Assembly (NCBI GenBank): GCA_028534125.1
Contig: CM052817.1
Location: 8,930,001-8,994,000 of the forward strand
Length of the DNA stretch: 64,000 bases
DNA from: Lama glama
Taxonomy: Eukaryota
Direction: 5' to 3'
Part shown: in pieces, positions 12,820 through 25,240 of the stretch
Layout: each line of letters starts with the position of its first letter
Numbering within the stretch: the stretch's first letter is position 1
Position numbers and translations under genes: made by a program
The notes under the pieces: generated by a model
What the model was told of the DNA's origin: nothing
The model's database searches: none
The model's input: the letters and a program-made list of their open reading frames with translations, nothing else

Positions 12820-13156
12820 CACTATGGTCTGAATGTTTGTGTTCTATAAAATTTACATGTTGACACCTACTGCTCATTGTGATAGTAATAGGAGGTGGGG
12901 ACTTTGGGAGATGATTAGGTCATGAATAGAATTTATTCTTTTATTAAAAAGGTCCTCAAGAGCTCTCCCACCCCTTCTGCTGTGTGAGGACATAGTAAGA
13001 AGATGGTCATTTTCTATGAACAAGGAAGCAGGTTCTCATCAGACACCAAATCTGCCATGGACATCTCAGCCTCCAGAACTGTGAGAAATAAATGTGCTCT
13101 TATAAGCCAGCTAATTTGTGGTATTTTTGTTATAGCATCCATAATAGACTAAGACA
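12820..13156 (+). mobile_element. MLT1A0-type solo LTR
   Basis: ctatggtctgaatgtttgtg...cagcctccagaactgtgagaaataaatg...gactaagaca; flanks gcatg/tcatg (4/5 TSD). Confidence 0.9.
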
Positions 13157-13509
13157 TCATGTCATGGTCCTCCTATAAAAATATAAAAATAAATAAAGGA
13201 AGCATCTTAGTTTGTAGAAAGGAACATTGAACTGAAAATGAAAGCCTTAAGTTCAAACATTTTTACACCGTTTAACTATATTATTGAAAGCAGGAGAGCA
13301 ACATGTTCAGCATTTTAGAAAAATCACTCTGGAAGTATTTGGGGAAGAGACTGGAGGGAAGAGACCGAAGACAGAGAAGGAGCTATGGAAAGAGTCCAGA
13401 GAAGACAAAAATGGAGCTCCCTTTATCTTTGCTAATGTTGAACTTTCGGCCTAGAATTTTCTATTCCACCTCAATTTAATTATGTATGTTGAGCAATTGG
13501 TCAAACATT

Positions 13510-13996
13510 GTTGGTTGCCTATCTAACAAGAATACCTGATCTTGTTTTTTCCCTTCCCCACTGACTCAGAGGCAAATTCTGACTTATTTTTACCCAAACA
13601 TAGCAATTTTTTTTCCTATCAACAATGATTGGTTTGAGGGAAGTCTATGACCGAGTTTTAGTCAATGGATTGTAAGGGACAGGTTTGCTGAAGGGTCTTC
13701 CATGAAAGTTCCACAACTCTTAGACATAAACAGTAGGAATAAAGACTCCTTCTTCTTCCACTGAAAGTGACCATGCAGGGTTCTGGTCAAGGACAAAGCC
13801 AAACTAATGAAGCTGGCAAAATTGAAAGATGGAAAGAACCTGGGTATTTACTGATGAAATAAAATTGCTGAGACACTGAATGAACATCCTTGAAGGCACA
13901 CTATCCACAGACATGAGTTAATATATATGACCTACTGTTTATGTCAGTTAAATTGAGTCTTCTGATAGTTGCAGCCAAAAGCACCATTACTGATTT
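13510..13996 (+). mobile_element. Old MLT1 LTR (MLT1J/K-like)
   Basis: tgattggtttgaggg...tgaccgagttttagtcaatg...3' end tctgatagttgcagccaaaagcaccattactgat. Confidence 0.55.
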
Positions 13997-14882
13997 AAAA
14001 AATTACCACAAACCAGACACAGTGCTGCATGTTAGAAACCAAAGTAAAGTTGTCATAAGACTTGTCCCTAGGAGACTGTCCTCTTTTGAAGAAGCTCATC
14101 CTCTGGGTGCTAAGTGTTAAAATTAATCCCATCCTTCCAGGCTGTGGTCAAATTTCTCTACATCTTATAAGGCCTACTTACATTGATTTTATTTATTGAT
14201 GGATTTTTAATACCTCTTTTAAAGCACTTATTCTAGTCTGTCTTGTTTTACCGGTGAATAAACACTTCCCTCAGATGGAGGAGAGGGGCAACACTATCTG
14301 GGGGTAGTGTGTTGCTCTGATTTGATTTGATTTTGAAGTGGGAAATTCAAATTATACAATCACATATAGCCTATACATAGTCACAGCCTTGCTTGTAACT
14401 CTGCTCAGATGATTTAATCTTCTGGCCCTGACCACAGGTCTACAAATATCACAAGTAAATATTGAATAGAGGAATGGCTAACTACTCAGTAAACAATTGA
14501 TATTTCAGTGCTTGTTTCATCCCTTTCTGAGGTCAATGCCACAAGGTCATCTTCAAACCATCCCCTTTACATGTCTGCATGTTTATATGGCACCAGCTCT
14601 TTGGTGAATACAAATGAGCACTCTGAAGCCTATGATCAAAAATACACACTTTATTCTTTTGAGTTCTTAAAGAAAAGATACACAATCAATGATTCCCTTC
14701 TGTTTTGTGCCCAAGATTACTCCATCACACACAAGTTGATAAGTCTGAATTTAAGGAAAACCTTTAGGAGTATAGCACATTTACTGAGTATAATCATTCC
14801 ATCCATCAATAGTAAATCCCTGGAATTTGGTCCATAGTGAACTTTAAAGCCTAAAATTATCAAATTAAAATGGAGAGCTTTT

Positions 14883-14948
14883 GGGGGGTGAGGGTATAGC
14901 TCAAGTGATAGAGTGCATGCTTAGCATGTGTGAGGTCCTGAGTTCAAT
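14883..14948 (+). mobile_element. Tailless tRNA(Ala)-derived SINE head (Vic-1-like)
   Basis: ggggggtgagggtatagctcaagtgatagagtgcatgcttagcatgtgtgaggtcctgagttcaat with A-box- and B-box-like motifs; 16-bp TSD aaaatggagagctttt/aaaatggagaactttt. Confidence 0.85.
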
Positions 14949-16495
14949 AAAATGGAGAACTTTTTGCTCTTTAGATATGGGAACAATTGTATCTTAAATT
15001 GGGAGAGCACTTAAATAAAACACTAGGCTAGTAAAGCTATGCAAAGGTATACAGAATGGTGTTCTGAACTTTATATCCTTTGTAGTTTTTTAAGCAGAGG
15101 TTATGTTGGAGATTTTTGCATCATACAGTCAGCTTACTCATTGTAAAGAGGAAAGTTTTAGGTTTGGGCAATCTGGTAGATTGTCCTAAGGTGATCAACA
15201 CCACCAGAAAATCATTGCATTCTCTGTGGTGTTGGTAATCATACATAGCCCTATACTTAGGAGTCACTTAATTATTTTGTTCCCACAATGACTCCAGTCT
15301 TTGAGCTTCAGAATACATAGGGATTTTTTGGCAAAAAATGTTTTTTTTTATAGCTTCAAAGGTATACCTTCCAATCAATAACTGTAGCTTGAGTCACTCT
15401 GCAAAGTGTATGAAACCTGTCTGCCGTCTTCAATCGTACAGTATCTCTGTGACATCTCCTGCAGCTGAACCAGCACTCAGAGGCCACAGGGGATCAGTGA
15501 TCAAAGCCTCTGCATCTGAAAGTGTCAAGGTTTCCTCTGCACAAAGCCCTGGGCCCAGGTTCTTCAAGCTAATTGGATTTTCCCATCTTCCCTCACATCT
15601 ACTCCAGGAAATAAAATTGATTGGATGATAATAAAACCAAAGAGACAATAGAGGAGCAATCAGCCCCTAGCCTTTCTTCTTCCAGCTTAACTCTGGTCCT
15701 GTCTTTTGAACTTGATGTATGATCTGGGTCTCCTCAGTTTCCACCCTGATTCTCTCTAAATGCTCTGGACAGATGTGCCATTTGATGCTCTTGATCCTGG
15801 TTTTATTAGGTTTGTGAGACTATCTTCACCCCTGCTTAAGGACAAAAAACATGGAGTAGTTCCCCCAAGGGCAATATTGAAATGAAAAGATAATTGGTAA
15901 GAAACAAACAAAAAGGATGGGAAATTGCCAAGAATGGAGTTGAAGAGGCTTCATGCTGATGGCATTGGAGGTCACCTGTGAGACAGTACACTGGGCAGGC
16001 TAGTCATGTGAACAGGCTCTAGTAGCATTTAATAGACAAAGGTCAGAAGAAGCAAGGACTTATTTTTTGCAATATTTGTCTGAATCTCACTTCTTATCTG
16101 ATTCTCTAGCTTGTCTTCTTCAAAAGTGCTCTCATTGCCACTTCCTTGTCATAAGCCATGTTGTATATTTAAGTGACTTTGGAGATACTTTTCGATGGTG
16201 GCCAGGTGTCTACATTCTAACCTTTGGAGTGAAAGGACTTGTGGGTCAGGTTATATGTTTTTTGTATCTGTATACAACCTGTCTACAGATTGTATAGTTT
16301 AACCCTATACAGAGCTGGGGTTTGGTACTTGGAGGCCAGACTGGATTATAAATCCTACCTAAGGTGGCCTGGAATTAAATGAGTCAGTTAAACAAAGGAA
16401 TAAAATTTGTTAATTGAACAAATGATCAGTTGGAGGCAAAGTCTTTAGACAGCATCACAAAAATCAGTGTGAGGGGCCCAGTCCAAAGAAGAGCA

Positions 16496-17330
16496 TTGTT
16501 TTGGTTATCTACCGCTACAGAAAAACTCACACCAAATTTAGTGGCTTAAAGCAGCAACAGTCACTTATTTTCCTCATGAGTCAGCAATTTGTGTGGGGCC
16601 CATTTGGTAATAAATAGGGGCTGGAGGATCTACTTCAAATATAGCACATGCACATGACTGGTAAGTTAGTGCTAGTGTTACAGGTTAAATCGTCCCCTTC
16701 CCCAGGTTCATATGTTGAAATCCTAACCCTCTATACTTCAAAAAGTGGTGATCTTTTTCGGAAATAGCATCTTCACAGAGGTAATCAAGTTAAAACAAGG
16801 TCATAAGGGAAGACTCCAGTCCATTATGAGTAGTGTCCTTAGGAGAAGGGGAAATTTGGACAGAGGAAGTCTATGAAGACACGGGGAGAAAATGGCCATC
16901 TACAAAGCAAGAAGAGAGGCCTGGAACAGATGTTTCCCGTATTCAACCCTGACTCCTTGCTGGTCTCAAGGTCAGATCAACACCTTGATCTCATTCCCAG
17001 ACAATGCATTTCTGTTGTTTACGCCACCCACAGCCCAAGGATACTAATATAGCTAGTTACTAGTTTCTCTGCAAATGGGCTTCTCCCTGGGGGCCCTTGA
17101 GCTTCCTCATAGCATGTTGGCTGTGTCCCAAGAATGAGCATTCCAAGAGCAAGGAAGTAGAAATTCAGTTTCTTCTGGCTTTGGCACGAAAACTGGCATG
17201 GTTTCATTTCCTCTGTATTCTACTGGTCAAAAATCAAGAGATTCCATTCAAAGGGAGGGACTATACTCCACCCTTCTGGTTGGAACAAGCATCAAATAAT
17301 TTTGAGGTCATTTGTAAAAAACCATCTCAA
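16496..17330 (-). mobile_element. Older MLT1 solo LTR (MLT1F-H-like), split by a younger MLT1
   Basis: ccaaatttagtggcttaaagcagcaac...ggggctggaggatctacttcaa...resumes cttcctcatagcatgttggctg...attctactggtcaaa...attcaagggagggga. Confidence 0.75.
16676..17051 (+). mobile_element. MLT1B-like solo LTR
   Basis: tgttacaggttaaat...ttcatatgttgaaatcctaacc...atggccatctacaa...agagaggcctggaacagat...actaatata; perfect 5-bp TSD gctag. Confidence 0.85.
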
Positions 17331-17384
17331 GCGTTGAGACAGGCAAAGTCAAGAATGGAGCATCTCTAATATGCCTTGTAAAAG

Positions 17385-17620
17385 GTAACTGTTGCCACTT
17401 GTTGGGTACTTATCAGGTCCTAGGCACTGTAGTAAATGCTCCTGTGCTTTCTCTTACTCTTACTCACCTCATAACCATATAATATAAATGTTGCTGTTAT
17501 TATTCCTAGTTCCGAATCAGAAAGATCAAGCAACTTACCCAGGGTCACATAGTTAATAATAGTCAGAATTGTCATTTGAAACCAAAATGTCTGACTTCTG
17601 AGCCTACACTTTTAGCCACT
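17385..17620 (-). mobile_element. MIR
   Basis: gtcctaggcactgtagtaaatgct...aacttacccagggtcacatagttaataatagtcaga...tttgaaccaaaatgtctgacttctgagcc. Confidence 0.75.
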
Positions 17621-18947
17621 GCTACACAGATGCTCGGATCTTCCAGCATAAGTGGAATAGGAGTTTCTCTATCAGCGATAACTCTGACCTGAGACCTCCA
17701 AACCTGCACCTGCATGTTGCCAAGCTTCTCTTCCACAAAATGTTTAAAAGGAAAATGCAACTTGGTTCTTCTCCTTCTATTTTTCTATAAACAATAAGAA
17801 TGAAATCTAGCAAGTTGTATAAAAAACCTTAGATTTAAAGAGCACAGATATAGGCCAGATGAAAAAGTTTGATACTCCAAGAATAAACTCAAGTGCATCA
17901 AGTTTATAGGCACTGGTAGGAGAATAAATCAATTTAACTCTGTATCCCATCATTCTTTAAAGGTTTGTAACAAGGTGTACTTTGTTAGATTTTAATCTGC
18001 CTACATTTGAGACAGCAAAGCTCTCCACAATCATCTTTTAATGGCATCACAATTTATAGACAGTAACTAATTTCAAACTTCATAGCACTTGGCTTTTATG
18101 ATTATTTCAAATCATTTAAATGCAAATGAATATCCAGAGAGAGAAAACATCAAATGCCCTTGAGTGGCAACATGTAATAGAACTGTGCACGGAAGCCACC
18201 GTAGGAATCTGAAGCGGTTGGATAGGGTTGGATGGTAAGGCTGTATAAAAGTGTTTGCCTAAATCCAATTTACATTTTATTCCACATTATATACTATTTA
18301 CCCATTTTGCCATTTTAATATGACTGACTTATTTAATCCTCCTCTGAAATCCCATCCACTCCTCATTGTAAACCTAAGTTTGAGTTAGGAAAAGCAAGGA
18401 TGGCAATACAACATTCCAAAACAATAATCAAAATCTCCTACATACCTCTTGCTTCTCTAAACCTCCCTGCAGTTGATGATGTTACTTCACGAGGCAGCCT
18501 GAAACATCTTTGCATGCATTAAACTATTGCTCTTCTTTCAAACCGAGCATGTGTTTGCCTGCTTGATCAAATAATATTTCCTGCACAGAACTGTTAAGCA
18601 GCAATATACACATAGCCTTGAGAAGCAAAAGCCTGGCCCCTGTGGGAATTCATCCTAGCTTGACAGTTCACACAAGCAGTGGGATTATTACAGCAGAGCC
18701 CATTTAGAGGAAGCTGTGGATGCTGATGTGCTCTTCATGGAGGAGGAAAGACAGTACCTCATTACCTCCCTCTACCTGGTGTACACAAAACTCTGGATTG
18801 TGCATTGGGAGTATAGGTAGCGTATTATCCCTGGTCTCTATGAGTTCACAATATAACAGAAGAAGAAGATGCCATTAAACAGCTGCATCTCAAGAGCTAT
18901 GCAGGACTGCAGGGCCTTAGCCATCCCCCAGTCTGAAAGAATATGGG

Positions 18948-19222
18948 CACAGACATAGAAGACAAACTTATGGCTATCAAAGGGGAAAGGTCGTGGGGGA
19001 GGGATAAACTGGGCTTCAGGATTAGCAGATACAAACTACTATATACAGAATAAGTACACAGCAAGGACCTACTATACAGCACAGGGAACTATAGTCAATA
19101 ACTTATAATAACTTATAATGAAAAAGAATATATATGTATATGTATGTATAACTGAATCACTGTACTGCACACCAGAAACTAACACAACATTGTAAATCAA
19201 CTATACTTCCATAAGAAAAAAA
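18948..19222 (+). mobile_element. 5'-truncated artiodactyl-type L1 3' end
   Basis: cacagacatagaagacaaacttatgg...ctactatacagcacagggaactata...ccagaaactaacacaacattgtaaatcaactatacttc then A-rich tail. Confidence 0.85.
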
Positions 19223-19379
19223 ATACGGAGGCAAAGAAGAAGATGGATTATGTGGCACATAGTACAGAGGTCATCTTGATTGGGTCCTTATTTTCAGTCC
19301 CAGTTTGGGGGTTTTCCCTTCACAATGCTTTTCACATCTAATTTTTAATCATTTTTAATGAATGGTCCCCCTTCCAGAG

Positions 19380-19480
19380 TGGAAGATCCCTAAAGATAAG
19401 GGCTATATCTGTTCAATGCCATATCTTACAACTTAGCACAGGGCCCTGCACAGTGTAAGAACTCCATAAATATTTGTTGA
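19380..19480 (+). mobile_element. L2 3' end
   Basis: ttagcacagggccctgcacagtgtaagaactccataaatatttgttga. Confidence 0.6.
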
Positions 19481-20769
19481 CTATAAGCACCAAAATTAAT
19501 GTTTCTTTTCAGAAATCTTAATCACTATCCTTACAATTGGCTTTTACGCCAATCACGTGATTCCCCTGTCCATCCTTCTCCTGCCTGTGCCCATTCCGCC
19601 TTCCCCATGTTTGCCTCTTCTGGTCTTTCTATGCGGACCATAGCCCTCACTCTTCCCTGTGCGGTCCTTCAAGGGCTATTTCAGTGATTCGCTTTGTGAG
19701 AATTGGCCTGATAATACTACCTCTAACGCTGTTAATACCTCTGAAATTATATAATGTAAGATATTATTTTCATGCCTCTCAGCATAAAGCTAGTGTGTTG
19801 TGTTTGGCTTCATGAAGTGCCTGCGTGTTGGGGCATGCTCACACATGTGCATGCATATGTGTGTGTGTGTTTGTGTATGTTCAGCATGAAACTCCTTAGA
19901 AGTAAGGACTATTAAATCCTTCGTGTTGTGTTCTCCACTTTGTAGCACATAGTGCCAACTTCAATAAACAGAACATCCAGCCTGACAGGCCTTTCTGGTC
20001 ACTTGAACACTAGACACTACTCTTCAACTTCTAGAAGAGCTAAATGACCATCAGAGCATGAAGTTCCCCACCCAGCATCAAACAGCAAGTGGGGAGAGCA
20101 GGACCCAATATTCATTCTCCCCAGTTCTAACTGTCACCATTCTTAGATGCACAATGATGGCTCATATGAAAGATGAGCATCTGAACCACTCAGAATCCAA
20201 AGCTCTTCAACACCAGCCACTCTCCTGATCTGGGCCTCCACTTTCTCACCTCCAAAATAGAAAGTCTGAGTTAGGGGACTTTCTAGATCCCCTCACAACC
20301 CAGAAACTCCACTTTCCATTTTCTGAGTCAATGATTTTTGCTGCCAAGGGGAAAAGAATAAAAGATTCTGAATTACAAAGTTGAACATCATGATGTATAA
20401 CATAATAAATAACCCTCCTAGTACAACGTAATTACCTTTTTACATTAAAGGTTTAATGTAAAATAAATTGTTCCAAAAAAAACTAGATAGAGAATAAAGT
20501 TTGTGGATATCACATCTAATCTTTTCTAAGGAGCTTAGAATTCAATTGGATAGATTGACAAGTGACACAAAAATTACAGGAAGAAAGTGAGTCATCCATT
20601 CAAGGAACATAGAGTCCATGGGTAGGTTCACTGAGTACCATGTGCCTGTTTCACAAACCCCATTCATGATATTGACAAGAATTTCAAAGGAGCTACCAGA
20701 ATGTTTGTGAAAGGAGATTAGTTGGAAATTGAAAGTGATTCATTTGGAGCCACAGAACATGAATAATGG

Positions 20770-21005
20770 TATAGAATAACAGCTGAGCACATAGACTTTG
20801 GAGTCATCGAGTGCTAAGTTAAATCTGGACCACATAACTTCCATGTGCAACCTGTATCAAGTTATTTAACATCCATAAGCTTCAGTACAATCATCTTCAG
20901 GCAAAGGTAAACAAAATTATTTCCCTCAAGTGCTTTGTGTGTGGTTTCAGCGGTGTGATTTGTGCAGTGCCCAGGTCATAGCAAGTGCTCAATAAAGTTA
21001 ATATA
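20770..21005 (+). mobile_element. MIR
   Basis: gagcacatagactttggagtca...caagttatttaacatcc...cagtgcccaggtcatagcaagtgctcaataaa. Confidence 0.7.
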
Positions 21006-21159
21006 ACAGGAGATCAATATTTATTAAATTGAATTCACACAGTTTTAGAAAGGTATATTGCTGAGACAATTGCCTCAAATCTTTTCTGGATGTCGGAGAT
21101 GGTAAATAAGCCACAAAGAATGGGGATGGAATGGAAGGAGAGGAGAAAGTTGAATAATA

Positions 21160-21360
21160 ATTGTAGCTAATATTTGCAAAGCATTTTAAAAACTCTCTTA
21201 TGTGATCTTCTCACCAGATAGTCTTAGCAGTCTTTGAAGTGAGCAGAAAAGGGATTGTGATTCTCACTTTAGAGATGAGGAAATTAGATGGATGGTTGAA
21301 ATCACCTACTTACAGGGAGGTGGTACTGATTCTCATACCCACAGTTTCTAAGTCCTCAAC
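21160..21360 (-). mobile_element. MIR fragment
   Basis: tagctaatattt...ttctcactttagagatgaggaaa. Confidence 0.5.
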
Positions 21361-23304
21361 TCTTCCAAGGTAAACACCCTCAAAGTTTGCATCAGGGGAC
21401 TTACAGGTAAAGAGCAAGAATTGGATTTCAACCAAGGTCAGGAGAAGTTATACATAAAATCAAGAAAGGAAAAGATGATACACTATTTTTAAAAGGGTGA
21501 TAATTGTAGGATAAGTTAATATCAAGTGTGGATCTAGATGAGATATAAGAAAAATGGCAAAAGAAGAAATTTCAAGGAAGTCTAATCCACAGAAAGGAAC
21601 ACTTGGTTATGACCTCAGTGTGTGGGCTAGGACTTTTAATTCTCGTTCTGGAGGGTTGTAATACAGGTGTGAGCATCAACTTAATACCTGCTCCAGAGAG
21701 AAGGTCCTTATCCTGACTCGAGAGGGAGGAAGGAGAGTCTCATTTCTCTGCCCCGTCTCACAGTGCATTTAATACAGGCCAGACACTGTTTCAGAGGCTA
21801 GAGGTACAGAAATGAGAAGCTAACCCTGCTCACATTATTGAGACCTAGTAGGGAACCTGAACTGGGAAAAAGGAAACTCTAAAAGTAAAATGGCAAAAGA
21901 CTGTAACAGAGAAAAGCACAGGGTCCTCTGAGATCAGAGTGGGGAAGGGTCTGCCTAGGAACAGACATAGGAGACCCTCCTTGACCAGTGATGGGTGGAC
22001 TGGGTCACAGTTGAGCACAAGATCAGCAGGGGAGGAAACTGGAAAAGAAGAGGTACAGGAAAAAAGAGGACTCCAAGTTCCAGCCAGCGAGCACAGCCCA
22101 TGGGCGAGCACCACAGCACTGAGCAGGGTTATAAAGGTTCCGTGTGCCTGTTCCTAGTCTGCACCAGGAAAGCCGCTTAGCTAGAGATCACTGTTCCTAC
22201 CCCAACCTTGTCCTTCTAAAGATTCCCTCTTCATACGTGGTAGGGGGGAAAGCAGCCACTGTGTTTTGTTCCACGTGGCCTGACCTCAGCTAACCACAGC
22301 CAATAGACCAGGGCAGGCATGTGGCCCAAGGGCAGAATAATTGGTGACATCTGAAGTATGACACACGGACTGGAATGAAAAGATGGTTCAATCTAATGCT
22401 TCACTCATCAACTTGAAATAAGAAAAAAAAATAGAAGAAGAAGAAGGATTGAAGCAGTGGGTAGTATGAGCAAAAGCCCAAAGAAAGTATCTGGAATTAT
22501 TAGAAGAAAGTGTCAGAGAGGAGGAATACAGGAAGACAAAGCCATAAGGAAAGAAAGGTAGCAGGGAGAGGGCATGGACAGTCAAAGAAAGTCAGCTGGT
22601 AGAGAGACAAAAGTACACTTGTAAACAAAGAACGACATCAGGGCTTCATATGAGAGAGAAGAGGGATCTGTTCCCTCTTGGTACCTGTTATTATTGCCAC
22701 ATTACATATTATTGGAGATGTAGTAAAACAAAGTGAAAATTAACAAGGCAATTCTAAGTCACCATTCTTGACAGTTTTCTAAGCAGAGCTTATATTAGGG
22801 GTATAGACAAAAACACCATAAAAAGAGCATTCATGTAGCAATGTTAACAAAATATGAATGTAAAACAAACAAGTAAAGGGGAGGCAAGTATTTGAGGCCT
22901 GAAGATTGGTAACTAATTTGTCCCTGAGCTTTCTGGCAGCCAGAGCAAAAAGTGAAACATGCTAGGTTACTAAATTTCATTACAAGAGGAAAAGTCCCAG
23001 TTGCTGAAAGGAAACAAGTTTTCCTGTCTCAGACTACAAAATGAATTACCACATGAGTTACTCTACTGTCCCTATTCACAGTAGACACCATACTTCAGAA
23101 TAATTTTAGAGCAAAGGCAGAAATGTTTTGAAATGATGCATAGTCTTAAAGCACAACTAATTGAAAGGAATCTTGGGAGGGAGTCATTTGGCTTTGTAAC
23201 CATCTGGTGACTCTAACTAGAACACTCTGAACCCTGGCCAAACTCTAGCCTCATCCCTTCCACTCTTCCTCTCGTTCACCATGCCCCAGGGCCAGATCAG
23301 AGAT

Positions 23305-23440
23305 AGAATGCAACCTTCAAGTGGACAGGTACCTTTTCCTGTTTTGCTAACTGTTGAATTACCTAGTGCCTAGAATAAGACCTGGGACACAGTTGGAACT
23401 AAGTCTGTATGTGTTGAATTAATATGGAATGAATTATTCA
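23305..23440 (+). mobile_element. L2 3' end
   Basis: cctagtgcctagaataagacctgggacacagttgg...gtgttgaattaatatggaatgaat. Confidence 0.55.
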
Positions 23441-25069
23441 GATCTCTATCTATAAACAATAGAGTCCCATGGCTAAATAACACAGCAAATATTTTTCGCT
23501 CGTATTGAAATTACATCCCTGAAGCCGGCCTTCCTAGAAGACTGAAAACTCTTTGCAGGCAGAGTTACCTCCTGCTGTCTCCCTAGGCTTGTCCTCGAGC
23601 TCTGTATTTAGAAGCTGTTCAATACATAAATGATAAAGGAGTGACAATAGGGATGTATGACCAGTGAGTCACTATTAAATCGTGTGATGCAAGCTCTAAA
23701 TGCAACATTATTAGAGATTTTTTTAAGATGGCATGATTTCAGGGCTATTGAAAGCAAAGAGAAGGGCTATAGTGAATGGTGAAGGAGGAGGAGGAGAGTA
23801 ACAAGGAGAGATGAAAGGGCAAGAAGAAGCGGGGGAAAGCCGTTGGTGATGAGAAATAGGGTGAACCCATATCTATCACCCTCCCTAACTTTCCCAATTC
23901 TGTGAAACCTGGATTATAACTCACCTTGTAGAGCAAGAGATTAATAGTCAAAGGGTCTAAGTAAGACAGATTCAATGAATTAAGCTGAAAATATGAGGAG
24001 CATGATTGTTAAAGTTTGTGCCAAAGAGACACTGAATTGTATTGCTGGTACAGCTAGCTTGGGACCATGTGGCTCAGCCCATTTACAGACGAGGGGAAAA
24101 GATTGAGAGAGAACTCATCCATCCATTTCCTAAATTTTCCCCAAAGCCCACTGAGTGTTACAAGTGTCTCCTCAGATGACTGATACAGAAGACAAGTCTT
24201 CCATTTTCTTGCGTGGATCCTCTGGAAGGTTGTGGATCTTCCATAGTAGGGGCTGATCAGGGTGACACTAGAAAAGGTGCAGGAAATTGCTGTTGTCAGT
24301 TACTGCACCTTCTCTTCAGAATGACCAGGCCAATCCTGGGAAGCACACTGAAGTCAAGGGCTTAGTGAATGTGATTAGCCGCTCCCTCTGTAATTAATCC
24401 TTGTAGCCAACTCTAAAGAAAAGACCCAGGAAAGCTGAAGGTCAGATCAGCCATAAGCCAAGATAATATGGTTGACCTTTGCAAGGGCAGCCAGGCTGCA
24501 GGGATATTTGTAAGGAGGGAGGGCTTGTCTTGCACAGGTCAGCTACCTCATCTGCACAGAAATGCTGCTCTGGGCACCCGACACCAAGTGAGGGCTGCAG
24601 GGGCCCCAACGGGTGGGTCTGTCTGGTTTGCTGAGCCAGGTGGCCACCCCACACTGACACCCAGCTGCTGGAGCCAAACTGGGGGTCTGAGAGAACGGAC
24701 TCCACTCCCTGAGGGAATTCAGAAACTTCTCCAGGCTCAATATGGTGGCATTCAAGAGGATAAACACAGAAGTGCTCTGTGTAGAAACAGCAGTGCCCCA
24801 TGAAAATACAACCGCTTTAGCATGTAGCATATTACCCACACTCCTAAATGCAGAGTCACAGGTCCTTGGCATTTTGTATGCAACAAAACATTTTATCCCA
24901 GCAAAAGTTTATTACAAACAGTAGCACATCAAACAAAATCTAAGTGCTGTCAGAACAGAGATGAGGAACCAGAACCATTCCTTTGAACTGCCTTAATCCC
25001 ACAGCTGTTTCAGAAGCACTTTTAGTGGACTTAATTTTTAAAGTACTAGTGTAATAAAAGTAATTTCAG

Positions 25070-25240
25070 TGTCATGCTTGCTTGTGTGATTATTTGCTTA
25101 ATGCCTATTTGCCCCACTGCATGACTGCCTTCTCCAGGGCATCAATCACGCCTGCTTTTGCTTGACGTGGCATTGCCAGCACCTGGCACAGTGCTCAAAA
25201 CAGTGCTTGAGATAGTGTGTAGGAAAATACTTTGTAAATT
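25070..25240 (+). mobile_element. L2 3' end
   Basis: tatttgcttaatgcctatttgcccc...ccagcacctggcacagtgctcaaaacagtg. Confidence 0.5.

Noticed and set aside
14883..14948. Possible tRNA-Ala gene
   Set aside because: It lacks the 3' side of the T-arm and acceptor stem and is flanked by a TSD, so it is a retroposed fragment.
24442..24924. Cluster of overlapping 60-119 aa ORFs on both strands
   Set aside because: Explained by locally higher GC; no recognisable domain or consistent exon structure.
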